From Candidatus Neptunichlamydia sp. (lineage in GTDB: Bacteria; Chlamydiota; Chlamydiia; Chlamydiales; Simkaniaceae): a stretch of DNA of 64,000 nt. The stretch covers positions 224,001 through 288,000 of the forward strand of contig OZ247587.1 of the NCBI GenBank assembly GCA_965233865.1, written 5' to 3'. The position numbers and the translations under genes are program-made. The notes under the pieces were generated by a model. It had not been told where the DNA came from. It saw nothing but the letters and a program-made list of their open reading frames with translations, and did not search any database. How positions within the stretch are numbered: the first letter of the stretch is position 1; each line of letters begins with the position of its first letter. Shown here one piece after another: positions 11,110 to 21,066 of this stretch.

Positions 11110-11129
11110 AAGATCTTTGCAACACTACC
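11110..11129 (-). mobile_element. Isolated IS6 terminal repeat
   Basis: Reverse complement GGTAGTGTTGCAAAGATCTT is identical to 2286..2305. Confidence 0.85.
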
Positions 11130-11283
11130 CCCCTCTTCTTCCTGGAAGATAAGGCTCAAGTTTTTTCCAAATTCGATCTGAAATATCGTGACGTCTGTGC
11201 GCTGGTACGGCCATTTCTAAACCTCTCCTTGAAAGTTTAAGAAATCTGCTTAGCACAAATTTAAACTTGTGTCTACACTATCT
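11130..11283 (-). mobile_element. IS5 family left-end remnant
   Basis: Encodes MAVPAHRRHDISDRIWKKLEPYLPGRRG, a typical IS5-family transposase N-terminus, cut by the IS6 end. Confidence 0.7.
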
Positions 11284-11385
11284 AGTCTATAAAATTTTTT
11301 GGAAAAATGTGTCCATATTTTGCTCCCAAACAAATCCATATATAGATTCACTGACCCTAAAGCAAGAATTATCTTATCCTCAGAT

Positions 11386-11402
11386 ATTTATGCAACAAAG
11401 CC
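11386..11402 (+). mobile_element. IS903-group terminal repeat remnant
   Basis: ATTTATGCAACAAAGCC is the reverse complement of GGCTTTGTTGCATAAAT and matches the repeat at 15223. Confidence 0.55.
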
Positions 11403-11469
11403 TCTTCACACTATCTTTTTTTTTATGGTTTTGCTAGGCTTGTTTCTTAAAAATCTAAACAGTACATCT

Positions 11470-13992
11470 ATGAAATACGATCACATTGTAATTGAAAAAA
11501 AATGGCAGAAATTTTGGAAAGAGAAGAATCTTTTTAAAGCAGACATCGATTCTGACAAACCTAAGTACTATATTCTGGATATGTTCCCCTATCCTTCAGG
11601 CGCAGGACTTCATGTAGGGCACGTTACTGGATATACAGCTACAGATATTTTGGCGCGCTATAAGCGCCAACAAGGATTCAACGTTTTACATCCCATGGGA
11701 TGGGATAGCTTTGGACTTCAGGCAGAACAGTATGCTATTCGAACAGGAACCCATCCAAAAGTAACGACTGAAAGGAATATTAACACCTATCGGCGGCAGC
11801 TGCAGTCTCTAGGCTTCAGTTATGACTGGGAACGAGAGTTCGCAACGAGCGATCCTGACTACTATAAATGGACACAATGGATCTTTACAAAACTTTGCGA
11901 AAAAGAGCTTGCTTATGAGGCGGAGATTCTTGTGAACTATTGCCCGGAACTGGGCACTGTTCTTGCGAATGAAGAAGTCGAAGATGGGAAATCTAAAGAG
12001 GGGAGCTTTCCTGTTGAGAGGCGTCCTTTAAGACAATGGGTCCTAAAAATCACCGAGTATGCTGAACGCCTTTTAAATGATCTTGATACATTGGACTGGC
12101 CCGATCACCTCAAAACCCTTCAGCGCAACTGGATTGGCAAGAGCCATGGTGCAAAGGTCACATTTTTAGAGAATGAAACTAGGCAACCCATTACTGTTTA
12201 TACAACTAGGCACGACACCTTATTTGCTACGACGTTTTTAATTGTTTCTCCAGAGCATCCTATTGTGAAAGAGATTACAACAAAGGAGCAACAAGTCAAA
12301 GTGGAAGCTTACCTGAAGGAAACGGCAAAAAAGAGTGATTTTGAGAGAACGGAGCTTGCAAAAAACAAGACAGGTGTTTGGACTGGATCTTACGCAATTA
12401 ATCCTGTTAATGATGAATTAATCCCCATTTGGGTTACTGACTACGTCCTCATGGGCTATGGAACCGGCGCTGTCATGGGAGTCCCTGGTGGAGATGAGCG
12501 AGACTTCGAATTTGTGAAAAAATATGGCCTTCCTGTGATCCCTCCCTATGATCCCTATATCGAAGAAGTTCCTGCCGGAATGACAAAAGAAGACTTGCGC
12601 ATAGAAATTCTAACGGGAAAGCGCTGCTCAAACACAGGTGGAAAAGTCATCAATGGGAAAAGTAAGAAACTCGACATTAATGATTTAGAAATCGAATCTG
12701 CAAAGGCTGCTGTTGCGGATTGGTTGGAAAAAGAAGGTATAGGTGAGCGTTGTACAACCTACAAGCTTCGTAACTGGCTCTTTTCTCGCCAACGCTATTG
12801 GGGAGAACCTGTTCCTGTTCTCCATTTTGAGGATGGAACCAAGCGCATTTTAGATTTAGATGAGCTCCCATTAACGCTTCCTGAAGTGACAGAATATAAG
12901 CCTCAGGGGGAGTCTAAAACCCCGCTTGATAACGTTACTGAGTGGGTCCATATTACGGACCCCAAAACAGGCAAAAAGGCGCGTCGAGAAACTAATACGA
13001 TGCCTCAGTGGGCAGGATCTTGTTGGTATTATTTGCGTTTCTGTGATCCACACAATGAAAAGAGTGCTTGGGGCAGCAAAGAAGAAAACTATTGGATGCC
13101 TGTCGACATGTATGTTGGGGGAGTCGAGCATGCCGTTCTCCACCTCCTTTACTCTCGCTTTTGGCATAAGGTCCTTTATGATTGTGGGTATGTTTCAACA
13201 ATTGAACCCTTTCAAACACTTCGAAATCAAGGGCTTGTCACTGCAAAAGCATACAAAGAGCCAGGTGGAGGATATGTTTCTCCAGAAGACGCTATAGGGC
13301 GCGAGGGGCTAACGCAGCTTGTTGAAAAGATGTCTAAGTCGAAACTTAATGGAGTCACTCCTGATGAAATCATCGAAGAGTATGGAGCAGACTCTCTTCG
13401 CCTCTATGAAATGTTCATGGGTCCTTTTGATAAGGAAAAACTCTGGAATGGTGAGGCCATTAGTGGATGCCGCCGCTTTTTAGATCGTTTTCATGCACTT
13501 GTATTTTCTGATAAAGTTAAAGAGACCGATGAAGGGCTAAAACTTGCACATAAGCTCGTTGACGGAGTTTATAAAGATATTGAGGAAATGCTTTTCAATA
13601 CAGCCATTGCTAAAATGATGGAATTTATTAACGCCTTTTCCAAACTCGATTCGTATTCAAAAGAAGGGCTCAAAATGGCGATCCAAGCCTTAGCTCCCTT
13701 TGCTCCACATATTGCAGAAGAATGTTGGAACCACCTGGGAAATCAAGAATCCATTACTTTTACGCCCTTTCCAAAAGCTGATCCGAAATACCTGACTGAG
13801 GAAAATGTCACTTATGTGATTCAAGTCAATGGAAAATTCCGCAGCAAATGGGATCTTCCAAAAGGACAAACTAAAGAAGATTTGCTTGGAGCGGCTCAAA
13901 AAGATGAAAGAATAGCAAAACATATCAGCGGAGAGATTGTAAAAGTGATCTTCGTACCAGAGAAACTTCTCAATATCGTTGTAAAATTATGA
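11470..13992 (+). CDS. leuS: Leucine--tRNA ligase
   Basis: MFPYPSGAGLHVGH (HIGH), editing-domain GYGTGAVM, SRQRYWG, KMSKS; probable start MKYDH at 11470. Confidence 0.98.
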   Translation: MKYDHIVIEKKWQKFWKEKNLFKADIDSDKPKYYILDMFPYPSGAGLHVGHVTGYTATDILARYKRQQGFNVLHPMGWDSFGLQAEQYAIRTGTHPKVTTERNINTYRRQLQSLGFSYDWEREFATSDPDYYKWTQWIFTKLCEKELAYEAEILVNYCPELGTVLANEEVEDGKSKEGSFPVERRPLRQWVLKITEYAERLLNDLDTLDWPDHLKTLQRNWIGKSHGAKVTFLENETRQPITVYTTRHDTLFATTFLIVSPEHPIVKEITTKEQQVKVEAYLKETAKKSDFERTELAKNKTGVWTGSYAINPVNDELIPIWVTDYVLMGYGTGAVMGVPGGDERDFEFVKKYGLPVIPPYDPYIEEVPAGMTKEDLRIEILTGKRCSNTGGKVINGKSKKLDINDLEIESAKAAVADWLEKEGIGERCTTYKLRNWLFSRQRYWGEPVPVLHFEDGTKRILDLDELPLTLPEVTEYKPQGESKTPLDNVTEWVHITDPKTGKKARRETNTMPQWAGSCWYYLRFCDPHNEKSAWGSKEENYWMPVDMYVGGVEHAVLHLLYSRFWHKVLYDCGYVSTIEPFQTLRNQGLVTAKAYKEPGGGYVSPEDAIGREGLTQLVEKMSKSKLNGVTPDEIIEEYGADSLRLYEMFMGPFDKEKLWNGEAISGCRRFLDRFHALVFSDKVKETDEGLKLAHKLVDGVYKDIEEMLFNTAIAKMMEFINAFSKLDSYSKEGLKMAIQALAPFAPHIAEECWNHLGNQESITFTPFPKADPKYLTEENVTYVIQVNGKFRSKWDLPKGQTKEDLLGAAQKDERIAKHISGEIVKVIFVPEKLLNIVVKL

Positions 13993-15209
13993 TTCGGTTT
14001 CTGTATAACGCAGCACTATTTGCTCTACTGATTTTTTTCTTTCCGAAACTTCTTATTGACTTTCTGTTTAAGAAGAAGTACCGGAAGAGTTTAAAGCTTC
14101 GCTTAAAACCTAAGGCTCCTAGAGGGGGAGACAAAGAGACGATCTGGCTCCACGCTGTTTCAATGGGAGAGGCAAAGGCGTTATCTACTCTTGTTCCTCA
14201 TATCCGAAAGAGTTATCCCGATGCTTTTATCTTTGTGACCACGGTGACAGAAACCGGGCAGGAGCAAGCGAAACTCTCAATCCCCGGTGCTGATGCAGTC
14301 CATTTCCTTCCCTTTGACTTTTCATGGATCATCAAAGCTTTTGTAAAAACTCTTCGTCCAAATCTTTTGATATTAGTGGAAGGGGACTATTGGCTGAATG
14401 TTATGACTGAGGTGAAAAAGTGTGGAGGGCGTATTGTTGTAGTCAATGGAAAGCTCTCCGAAAAATCCCTTAAGCGGTACCTTACTTTTCGCCCCTTGGC
14501 TCGAATCCTATTTTCTTCTGTTGATCATTTTTATCTTCAAGGAGAAAGCTATCTTGAAAGGTTTCTCAAGCTAGGGATTTCTCCTGAAAAACTTACGATT
14601 ACGGGAAACCTGAAGTTAGATATCCCTTCAGCAGAGCCTGATAGGCTTGACACATTTCGAAAGAGTTTGAAGCTCAAAACAAGTGACCGAGTGATCACCC
14701 TGGGCTCGACCCATGAGGGAGAAGAGGCTCTTTTATTGACTGCCCTCCTTCCACTTCTTACGGAGGATATTCACCTGAAGGTTCTTGTTGTTCCACGCCA
14801 TCCTGAACGATTTAAGAAAGTTAAAGAATCATTTCATCACCCTCAAGTAACTGTTGTTGATAAAATGGGAGTTCTTCCTGCTTGCTATTGCCTCTCATAC
14901 CTTGCCATTGTTGGGGGGAGTTTCGTAAAAGGGATTGGGGGGCATGATATTCTTGAACCAGCTAAGATGGGGATTCCCACTCTCTTTGGTCCCTATATGC
15001 ATAAGCAAGTGGACCTCGATCGCCAGCTCACCGAAGCAGGTGGAGGAATGAAAGTTAAACCTAGTGATCTCACACAAGCAATCGAAAAACTTTTTAGGGA
15101 TTCAAAGTTTCATTTAGAAATGAGTGAGAAGGGAAAGTATGTTGCTCAAAAAACACTTGGTGTTTCATTTCGTACATGGAATTTAATTAATACTAACTGC
15201 AAGAACTAA
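13989..15209 (+). CDS. waaA: Kdo (3-deoxy-D-manno-octulosonic acid) transferase
   Basis: IWLHAVSMGE, TGNLKLD, GSTHEGEE, VPRHPERF, VGGSF..GGHDILEP. Confidence 0.95.
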   Translation: MIRFLYNAALFALLIFFFPKLLIDFLFKKKYRKSLKLRLKPKAPRGGDKETIWLHAVSMGEAKALSTLVPHIRKSYPDAFIFVTTVTETGQEQAKLSIPGADAVHFLPFDFSWIIKAFVKTLRPNLLILVEGDYWLNVMTEVKKCGGRIVVVNGKLSEKSLKRYLTFRPLARILFSSVDHFYLQGESYLERFLKLGISPEKLTITGNLKLDIPSAEPDRLDTFRKSLKLKTSDRVITLGSTHEGEEALLLTALLPLLTEDIHLKVLVVPRHPERFKKVKESFHHPQVTVVDKMGVLPACYCLSYLAIVGGSFVKGIGGHDILEPAKMGIPTLFGPYMHKQVDLDRQLTEAGGGMKVKPSDLTQAIEKLFRDSKFHLEMSEKGKYVAQKTLGVSFRTWNLINTNCKN

Positions 15210-15222
15210 ATAACGCCTTGAC

Positions 15223-15315
15223 GGCTTTGTTGCATAATTCATTGAAAGCCTTTTAGGCTTTCCGCTTTTCTGTGAATCACTTTATAGCTATTTAGCATGC
15301 CCAGTTCGGTCATCT
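15223..15315 (-). mobile_element. IS903-group (IS5 family) right-end remnant
   Basis: IR GGCTTTGTTGCATAATTC plus minus-strand MTELGMLNSYKV, resembling an IS903-type transposase C-terminus. Confidence 0.6.
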
Positions 15316-15442
15316 ATGGCCATCCGGAAATCTATTGTGTCAGTTGCGTCATCGGTAAAACCCTAAACCTGCCAATGACCCGTTCGATCTTGCTAACCAT
15401 CTGGATTTATTTCCTGAAATTAGCATAGTTCAAACATTTCCC

Positions 15443-15471
15443 TTGAGAAGAAATCATAGTGAGACTATACT
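15443..15471 (+). promoter_or_regulatory. Sigma66/70-type promoter of the tRNA pair
   Basis: TTGAGA-N17-TATACT just upstream of the tRNAs. Confidence 0.65.
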
Positions 15472-15486
15472 TACCATTTAATCTAC

Positions 15487-15559
<73 letters not shown>

Positions 15560-15566
15560 ATTTTCT

Positions 15567-15639
15567 GGCGGCATAGCTCAGTTGGTAGAGCAACGGAATC
15601 ATAATCCGTGGGTCCATGGTTCGAGTCCGTGTGCCGCTA
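15567..15639 (+). tRNA. tRNA-Met (CAT, probably elongator)
   Basis: GGCGGCATAGCTCAGTTGGTAGAGC...ATCATAAT...GGTTCGAGTCC...TGCCGCTA cloverleaf. Confidence 0.9.
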
Positions 15640-15826
15640 TCTTCGGACTGGGATGAAGCCTTCTTTTATTTTTTTAAACATGTCAAAGTTAGCAAAGCTA
15701 AAAGAGATTTAGTAATCATTTTTTATCGTAGCGCTGAAACATTTCAAATTATTATTAATTCTGAAATTTAATTTACGTTTATTTATAATTAATTATTTGA
15801 TATAATAACCTTATTTAAGATGAGGT

Positions 15827-17260
15827 GTGTTTATGAATGTTTCTGTGCAATTAGGAAGATTAATAGCTGAGATTAAGCCAACCCAAGAGGACTTGGCCCT
15901 AGCCTGTTTGACTCAATCTCGTTTAGAATTCAAAAAAACAGTTAACGATATCTACGGAACTGAAAAAATAATTATGGGTGCTGACTCTGAAATTCTTTCT
16001 TTTATGCATGGGTTTGAGACAGAGAGAGGCGAATTAGAGTTTTCTGATCAGAATAAAATTTGGACTCAATTTGAGGATTATCGACAATCTTTTCATGAAT
16101 ATCAGATCATGATTAAAGATCAAAGTTTGGAATCAACCATTGATGAACTTAGAAGTATTGATCCCCATCTTCTCAATGAAGAGAGATACAGTTCTGATGA
16201 CAGATGGATTACAAAATGTCTTAAAACGATATTTTATGAGGTTGTTCGGCTAGCAACAAGTGGTGCAAAGATTGATCGCTATATAGGAAGAGTGGGTGCG
16301 TTACGAGCAATGCAGAAGAAAGAACAAGAAATCCAGAAGGTTCTAGAGATATTTCCAAAGTTTTTTGTAACCTCAGTCCCACTCACTTCTCTTGGACAAA
16401 TTAATCGATTATTCGAGTTATATTCTGGAAACAAAAAGTTTGAAGAAAAACGGAATTGGTTTAAAAACCGTCTTATGTTTTATGTGAATCCAAATCTTGA
16501 GCAACTTTTAGAAAGAGAACTGACAGCGCCTGTTAGAGATTTTGAGCCGGTGATTGAAGATATAGATGATATTCCAAAAAAAAAGGTTCAAAATAAGTGG
16601 GCTGACGCAGACGGTGCGATGGTAATTAAGACAATGGTTGGGGCAACGCTAATGAATAAGAAGCTTGCTAATGTTGTGAACACAAAACTGTTACTTCTCG
16701 ATCAGATTGCACTAGTAGAAGAGCATTTGGATAGTTTATATACCTACGAAATTACATTCAAAAGCCCTTTAGTCGGTTCAACTGATTTTGTTGATCAAGG
16801 AGGATGGGGAGATATGACTCATTCAAGAATGTTAATGGGAAAGAAGGTTACTATGCGTTTTGATCCGACTAAGCGTTCGATGAGTTTCCCAAAAGGTGGG
16901 TTTCAGATGGGGATTCATTTGGAAGATTTCAGTTTCTTATACAACAAAATGAGCTATACTGAAGGGATTGTTTTGTCGGCATTCTTAAAACTTCATGGCT
17001 ATATGTCGACTTTTGGGTCTTTAAATCATCCAATGCATTTAGCAACGACAGTCAATAGCCTTGGAGTCTTGGATGATGAAGAATTAAGAATAGGAATTGC
17101 AATTCATAATACGAGTGATATCCTTCTCTCCCTTGAGGGACAATATCCAAAAGATAGGTGCTTATCCACTCTTCAAAGCAATTTGGATTCAATTGAATTG
17201 ACTACTCCGGAGATTGAGAAGACATTTAACTATATGGAGTGGAAAGCTGCGTCAGAATAA
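15827..17260 (+). CDS. Hypothetical protein (477 aa)
   Basis: Long ORF with GAGGTG RBS; no recognised motif. Confidence 0.75.
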   Translation: MFMNVSVQLGRLIAEIKPTQEDLALACLTQSRLEFKKTVNDIYGTEKIIMGADSEILSFMHGFETERGELEFSDQNKIWTQFEDYRQSFHEYQIMIKDQSLESTIDELRSIDPHLLNEERYSSDDRWITKCLKTIFYEVVRLATSGAKIDRYIGRVGALRAMQKKEQEIQKVLEIFPKFFVTSVPLTSLGQINRLFELYSGNKKFEEKRNWFKNRLMFYVNPNLEQLLERELTAPVRDFEPVIEDIDDIPKKKVQNKWADADGAMVIKTMVGATLMNKKLANVVNTKLLLLDQIALVEEHLDSLYTYEITFKSPLVGSTDFVDQGGWGDMTHSRMLMGKKVTMRFDPTKRSMSFPKGGFQMGIHLEDFSFLYNKMSYTEGIVLSAFLKLHGYMSTFGSLNHPMHLATTVNSLGVLDDEELRIGIAIHNTSDILLSLEGQYPKDRCLSTLQSNLDSIELTTPEIEKTFNYMEWKAASE

Positions 17261-17960
17261 AGCTGCGCAAGAAAGTTTTATAGAGTTTTTCGTCATAGTA
17301 AGCGGGAAAACGAGATAAGTCGGTTTTGGCTAGGATTGTTTCTACAATAGTGAAAGCCCCTTCTATCTGACCTTTCCTATCTAAGTTTTCATAGGACAAG
17401 ACATAGGTGAGAGCATAGCGGGTTGCTAGTGAGAGGTTTTTCCATGTTAATCCCGCTTCTTCAAAGCGCATTTTGATCTGCTGTGCATAATCTACTAAAA
17501 GCTCTTTTGTGAGAGCCTCGCGGCGAGAAGGTTTGATAAGAGCTTTCTCAGTTGGAAAAGCAAGAGCCACTTCTATATAAGGGACTAGGAGCTCTTCAAA
17601 GAAAGGGTCTGTTGCTTTTTCAGGGAGGTAGAGTGTGTCTAGGCTTACCATCAAATAATGGACGGTATCTACTGCAGCCTTTCGCTTGTCCTTCAAATTC
17701 ATTTCAGGGTTAGATCCCACAAATACTCGTATAGAATCAATGATGTGAGGAATCTCTGCCCATGTGAACCCTTTCTCGTACTTTCGATGTAGGAAATGGG
17801 TCAGATTGAAGAGATCTCTTTCTTCTAGTTTTACTGTGGGAGGGGGAGGCTGTTCTAAAATCTGAAACTCTAAATCAGCCTGTATGACACTGCCCTGACC
17901 ACCTTGCTCTAAGGGAATCACAACTTCATAGTCTGGTTGTTGTTGTGGTAGATCTTGCAT
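17226..17960 (-). CDS. Hypothetical protein
   Basis: 244-aa ORF co-oriented with the hydrolase; two similar helical halves (G(F/L)TW...). Confidence 0.65.
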   Translation of the reverse strand: MQDLPQQQPDYEVVIPLEQGGQGSVIQADLEFQILEQPPPPTVKLEERDLFNLTHFLHRKYEKGFTWAEIPHIIDSIRVFVGSNPEMNLKDKRKAAVDTVHYLMVSLDTLYLPEKATDPFFEELLVPYIEVALAFPTEKALIKPSRREALTKELLVDYAQQIKMRFEEAGLTWKNLSLATRYALTYVLSYENLDRKGQIEGAFTIVETILAKTDLSRFPAYYDEKLYKTFLRSFILTQLSTPYS

Positions 17961-17997
17961 TGGGGAGAAGTCTACAATACTTAGGAATTTTGCACAA

Positions 17998-18822
17998 TCA
18001 CTCTAGGGCGATAGAAAGGGCATTTTGGTATTTAGGGTGGAAACGGAGGTGGGTATGTGTTCCATTCTCAATAGAAATAAGAAAAGTGTCTCGTTTGTCT
18101 TTAATAAGCTTAAGTAGTCGGATGCTTGAGTCATAGGGGATAACTTCATCTTTTGTGCCGTGAAAAATAAGAATAGGCGCATCGACACGGACAATCCATT
18201 GATCGGTTCTGAAGTGGTATTTCAGAAGCGGTGGGATGAGGAATCTTGGAACATAGGGAATTTGTCGCGGTGTAAGATCAAGAATACTAAAATAGGGAGC
18301 CTCAAGAACAAGGGTTTTTGGTTCATGATAAGAAGCGACATAGGTAGCAATTCCAGTGCCAAGTGAACAACCATAAATTATGATTTGGTCTTCTCGATAA
18401 AGATTATTCAGGTAGTTGTAGCAATAGTCTGCGTCATGGCAGAGGGCTTTTTCGCTTAGTTTCCCCTTGCTTTTTCCAAAACCACGGTAGTCCATTACGA
18501 AGAGGTCATAGCCACGCGAGGTGAATTCTTGTGAGATCTTACCCCAGTTTCCGGAGAGGTTTCCTCCACGTCCATGAAAATAAAGGACAACCCCTTTTGG
18601 ATTTTCGGTTTTAAAATAGAGGGCATTGATACGAGCTCCTTCAATAGTATCAAGAAATAATTCTTCAAAAGGTTCTTCGAAGTTAAAGACATAGTCTTCC
18701 GAAAGCGTGGATTTTTGGAATAATATATCTTCCTGGTGGTAATAGATGTGACCAATTGCAGTTATTGCTAAGATCAAACAGGAAGAAATTGTGATAAGAA
18801 GTTTTTTCCTCATACAGAACAA
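17998..18822 (-). CDS. Alpha/beta hydrolase with N-terminal membrane anchor
   Basis: LYFHG, DYRGFGKS, GCSLG nucleophile elbow, HGTKDEVI, HTH catalytic His region. Confidence 0.9.
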   Translation of the reverse strand: MFCMRKKLLITISSCLILAITAIGHIYYHQEDILFQKSTLSEDYVFNFEEPFEELFLDTIEGARINALYFKTENPKGVVLYFHGRGGNLSGNWGKISQEFTSRGYDLFVMDYRGFGKSKGKLSEKALCHDADYCYNYLNNLYREDQIIIYGCSLGTGIATYVASYHEPKTLVLEAPYFSILDLTPRQIPYVPRFLIPPLLKYHFRTDQWIVRVDAPILIFHGTKDEVIPYDSSIRLLKLIKDKRDTFLISIENGTHTHLRFHPKYQNALSIALE

Positions 18823-18916
18823 GGTACCAAAAAACTTAATTTATAAGGTGAAAAACATTGGGAATAAGGCTCTTTAAGCATTTGATTTGTTGGATTATTA
18901 TATAATCGCTATAACG

Positions 18917-20081
18917 ATGGGTAAAGAAAAGATATTTAGATCAGATCCCGGGAGCTATTGGCTGGTATTCCTTCCCTTCCCATAGGAAATGGAACCATTT
19001 ACTCTGTTGCCATTAATTCCTCAGGATCTGCCATCATTGGGGGGGGGTGATAATGATTATTCTTCAAAAACCGATCTCTTTGAGTGAGGTCACAATCACT
19101 CCTTTTATATTGTTTGATTGGGTGAATAATTGGAAAGGGAAGGTAAGAGAAAGTCGAAAATCTGGATTAAACTTAAGGATAGACCCCTACTATGTTTCTC
19201 GTCTTCGTTCAGAAATAGGAGTGCACCTTGCTCAACAAAAAGAGACAAGACATGGAATATTAAAGTTTGAGGAAGGGGCTAGTTATGTTAACAAAACTCC
19301 TTTCAATCTCTTTGGGTTTGATTCCCCGCAGCTTGCTGCGTAAAAGCTGAACAAGTATAGTTTTTTGGCATGAGTGAATATATTCATAAAAGTCATAATG
19401 TCTCAGTTTTGATGTACCACATAGTTTGTCCGGCCAAATACAGGAAAGCGGTATTTGACAAGAGTGTTGATGAAGAAATTAAGGTCATATGCCTTGAAAT
19501 TTCAAAGAGATATGAGATAAATTTTTTAGAGATCGGTGTTGATAAGGACCATGTTCACTTTCTGATACAATCAGTTCCGATGTATAGCCCCAAAAAAACT
19601 GTTCAGCTAATAAAAAGCATCACGGCAAAAGAGATTTTTTTGAGAAGGCCTGAAGTAAAGAAGATACTTTGGGGAGGGGAGTTTTGGAGTGATGGATATT
19701 TTATAAGTACCGTGGGGAAGCATGGGGACGAGGAGAAAATAGGAAACTACGTCAAAAACCAAGGAAAAAAAGACTATAAAAGGTTACATCAGCAACTGGA
19801 TTTTTGGAGCTAAGCAAAACCACCTGACAGATGCCCCGTAGCTCTGCTGCGGGGAGCCTTCACTGCTAAAAAGGTCTCTACTTACTATGTAGGGTCGATA
19901 TCATCTTTTAATATTCAGATCTTTAGCGATCAGATTCAAAATCTTGGCGCTCTATATCTTGGAAGCTCTTTTATTCCCCATAAAATAAGGGCTCCTTTGG
20001 TGGCGATTAACTATCAAGGAGAATGGGGGGGGGGAGAAAATTTCTAATACCTTAGCACTAGAGATTAAGCAAAGATTTTAG
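18917..20081 (+). pseudogene. Autotransporter/outer-membrane beta-barrel pseudogene interrupted by IS200
   Basis: SVAINSSGSAIIGG repeat remnant; barrel-like PFILFDWVNNW...LRSEIG...SYVNKTPF|TAKKV...YQGEWG is in frame once the IS is removed; ends ...LEIKQRF* after a G10 shift. Confidence 0.6.
19306..19862 (+). mobile_element. tnpA: IS200/IS605 family tnpA-only element (copy A), 557 bp
   Basis: Y1 HUH transposase 19370..19813 (DHVHFL, YVKNQ); subterminal hairpins CCCCGCAGCTTGCTGCG and CCCCGTAGCTCTGCTGCGGGG; same length as 48024..48580. Confidence 0.93.
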
Positions 20082-20187
20082 TTTAAATGAACCTATCCTA
20101 AAATGGTAAAATATAAAATCTAATATTGACACTTGTGTTACTATTCTCTTAAGGTCAAAAACCAAGCAGAGTATTTTGTGACACTAT

Positions 20188-21066
20188 TTAGTTAGCGATT
20201 AACTTTAGAGTATGGTGACACTCAGAAGGAAGCATCTTAAGTGCTCTCTTCTTATATGTTGCAGCAATCTCTGCAGCCTTTTCCATTCCAAATAAAGTGA
20301 TGCAATTAGACTTCTCTTTTGCAATGTCGCTTTTTGCAGGCTTGCCAAGTGTGGAAGTGTCTGAGGTAACATCGAGAATATCATCTTGCATCTGGAAGGC
20401 AACTCCATAGAGTTCTCCACATTTTTTGAGCGCTTTCTGCTCCTTGAGAGGTGTCCCGCTAAGGAACGCGCCACATTCAAATGCGGCTGAAAAAAGAGCC
20501 GCTGTTTTTCCAAGATACATGAACTGAAGGATATTCCAATCAATCTTTTTTCTCTCAAAGAGAATATCAACAAGTTGGCCTCCAATCATTCCATGTCCTC
20601 CAGCAGCCTTTGCTATAATGGCGGTTATTTCTTGCGAGACTCCGCAGGTAGCAAGGATTTCAAAAGCATACGTAAGGAGGAAATCTCCTACAAGAATTGC
20701 CTGTCCCTCTCCATAGACTTTGTGAAGAGAGGGTTTGCCTCTGCGAAGGTCATCATCATCCATGCAAGGGAGATCATCATGAATCAATGAATAGGTATGG
20801 ATCATTTCAAGGGCGCATGCGACATCAAGCCCTCTTTCAATAGGAATGTTGTAATCTTTTAATATGCTTAAAAGCAGAAGGGGACGCAGTCGTTTTCCAG
20901 GAAGCATTAGGGAATAGTGTGCACCTTCGAAAAGAAGAAAATGTAGCCCTTCCCGCTTAGGGAGAAGCTCTTTGAGACGCTCGTTAATGCGCGTGTGTAG
21001 TATCGTGATCGAGTCTACTGTTGTCATACCGGTTGGCCTTTTTTGTACCGATGGAACAGAGCTCAT
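20188..21066 (-). CDS. ispA: Geranyltranstransferase / polyprenyl synthetase
   Basis: GKRLRP, SLIHDDLPCMDDDDLRRGKP, GKTAALF, FQMQDDILD. Confidence 0.93.
   Translation of the reverse strand: MSSVPSVQKRPTGMTTVDSITILHTRINERLKELLPKREGLHFLLFEGAHYSLMLPGKRLRPLLLLSILKDYNIPIERGLDVACALEMIHTYSLIHDDLPCMDDDDLRRGKPSLHKVYGEGQAILVGDFLLTYAFEILATCGVSQEITAIIAKAAGGHGMIGGQLVDILFERKKIDWNILQFMYLGKTAALFSAAFECGAFLSGTPLKEQKALKKCGELYGVAFQMQDDILDVTSDTSTLGKPAKSDIAKEKSNCITLFGMEKAAEIAATYKKRALKMLPSECHHTLKLIAN

Noticed and set aside
9498..11159. Functional 553-aa helicase
   Set aside because: Chimeric IS-derived start, broken Walker A (GYAETGKS) and SQD in place of SQG.
11299..11469. 57-aa N-terminal extension of LeuS
   Set aside because: It overlaps an IS remnant and promoter region; the conserved sequence begins at MKYDH.
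19813..19862. tnpB or omega-RNA associated with IS200
   Set aside because: The element ends about 50 nt after tnpA in both copies, leaving no room.
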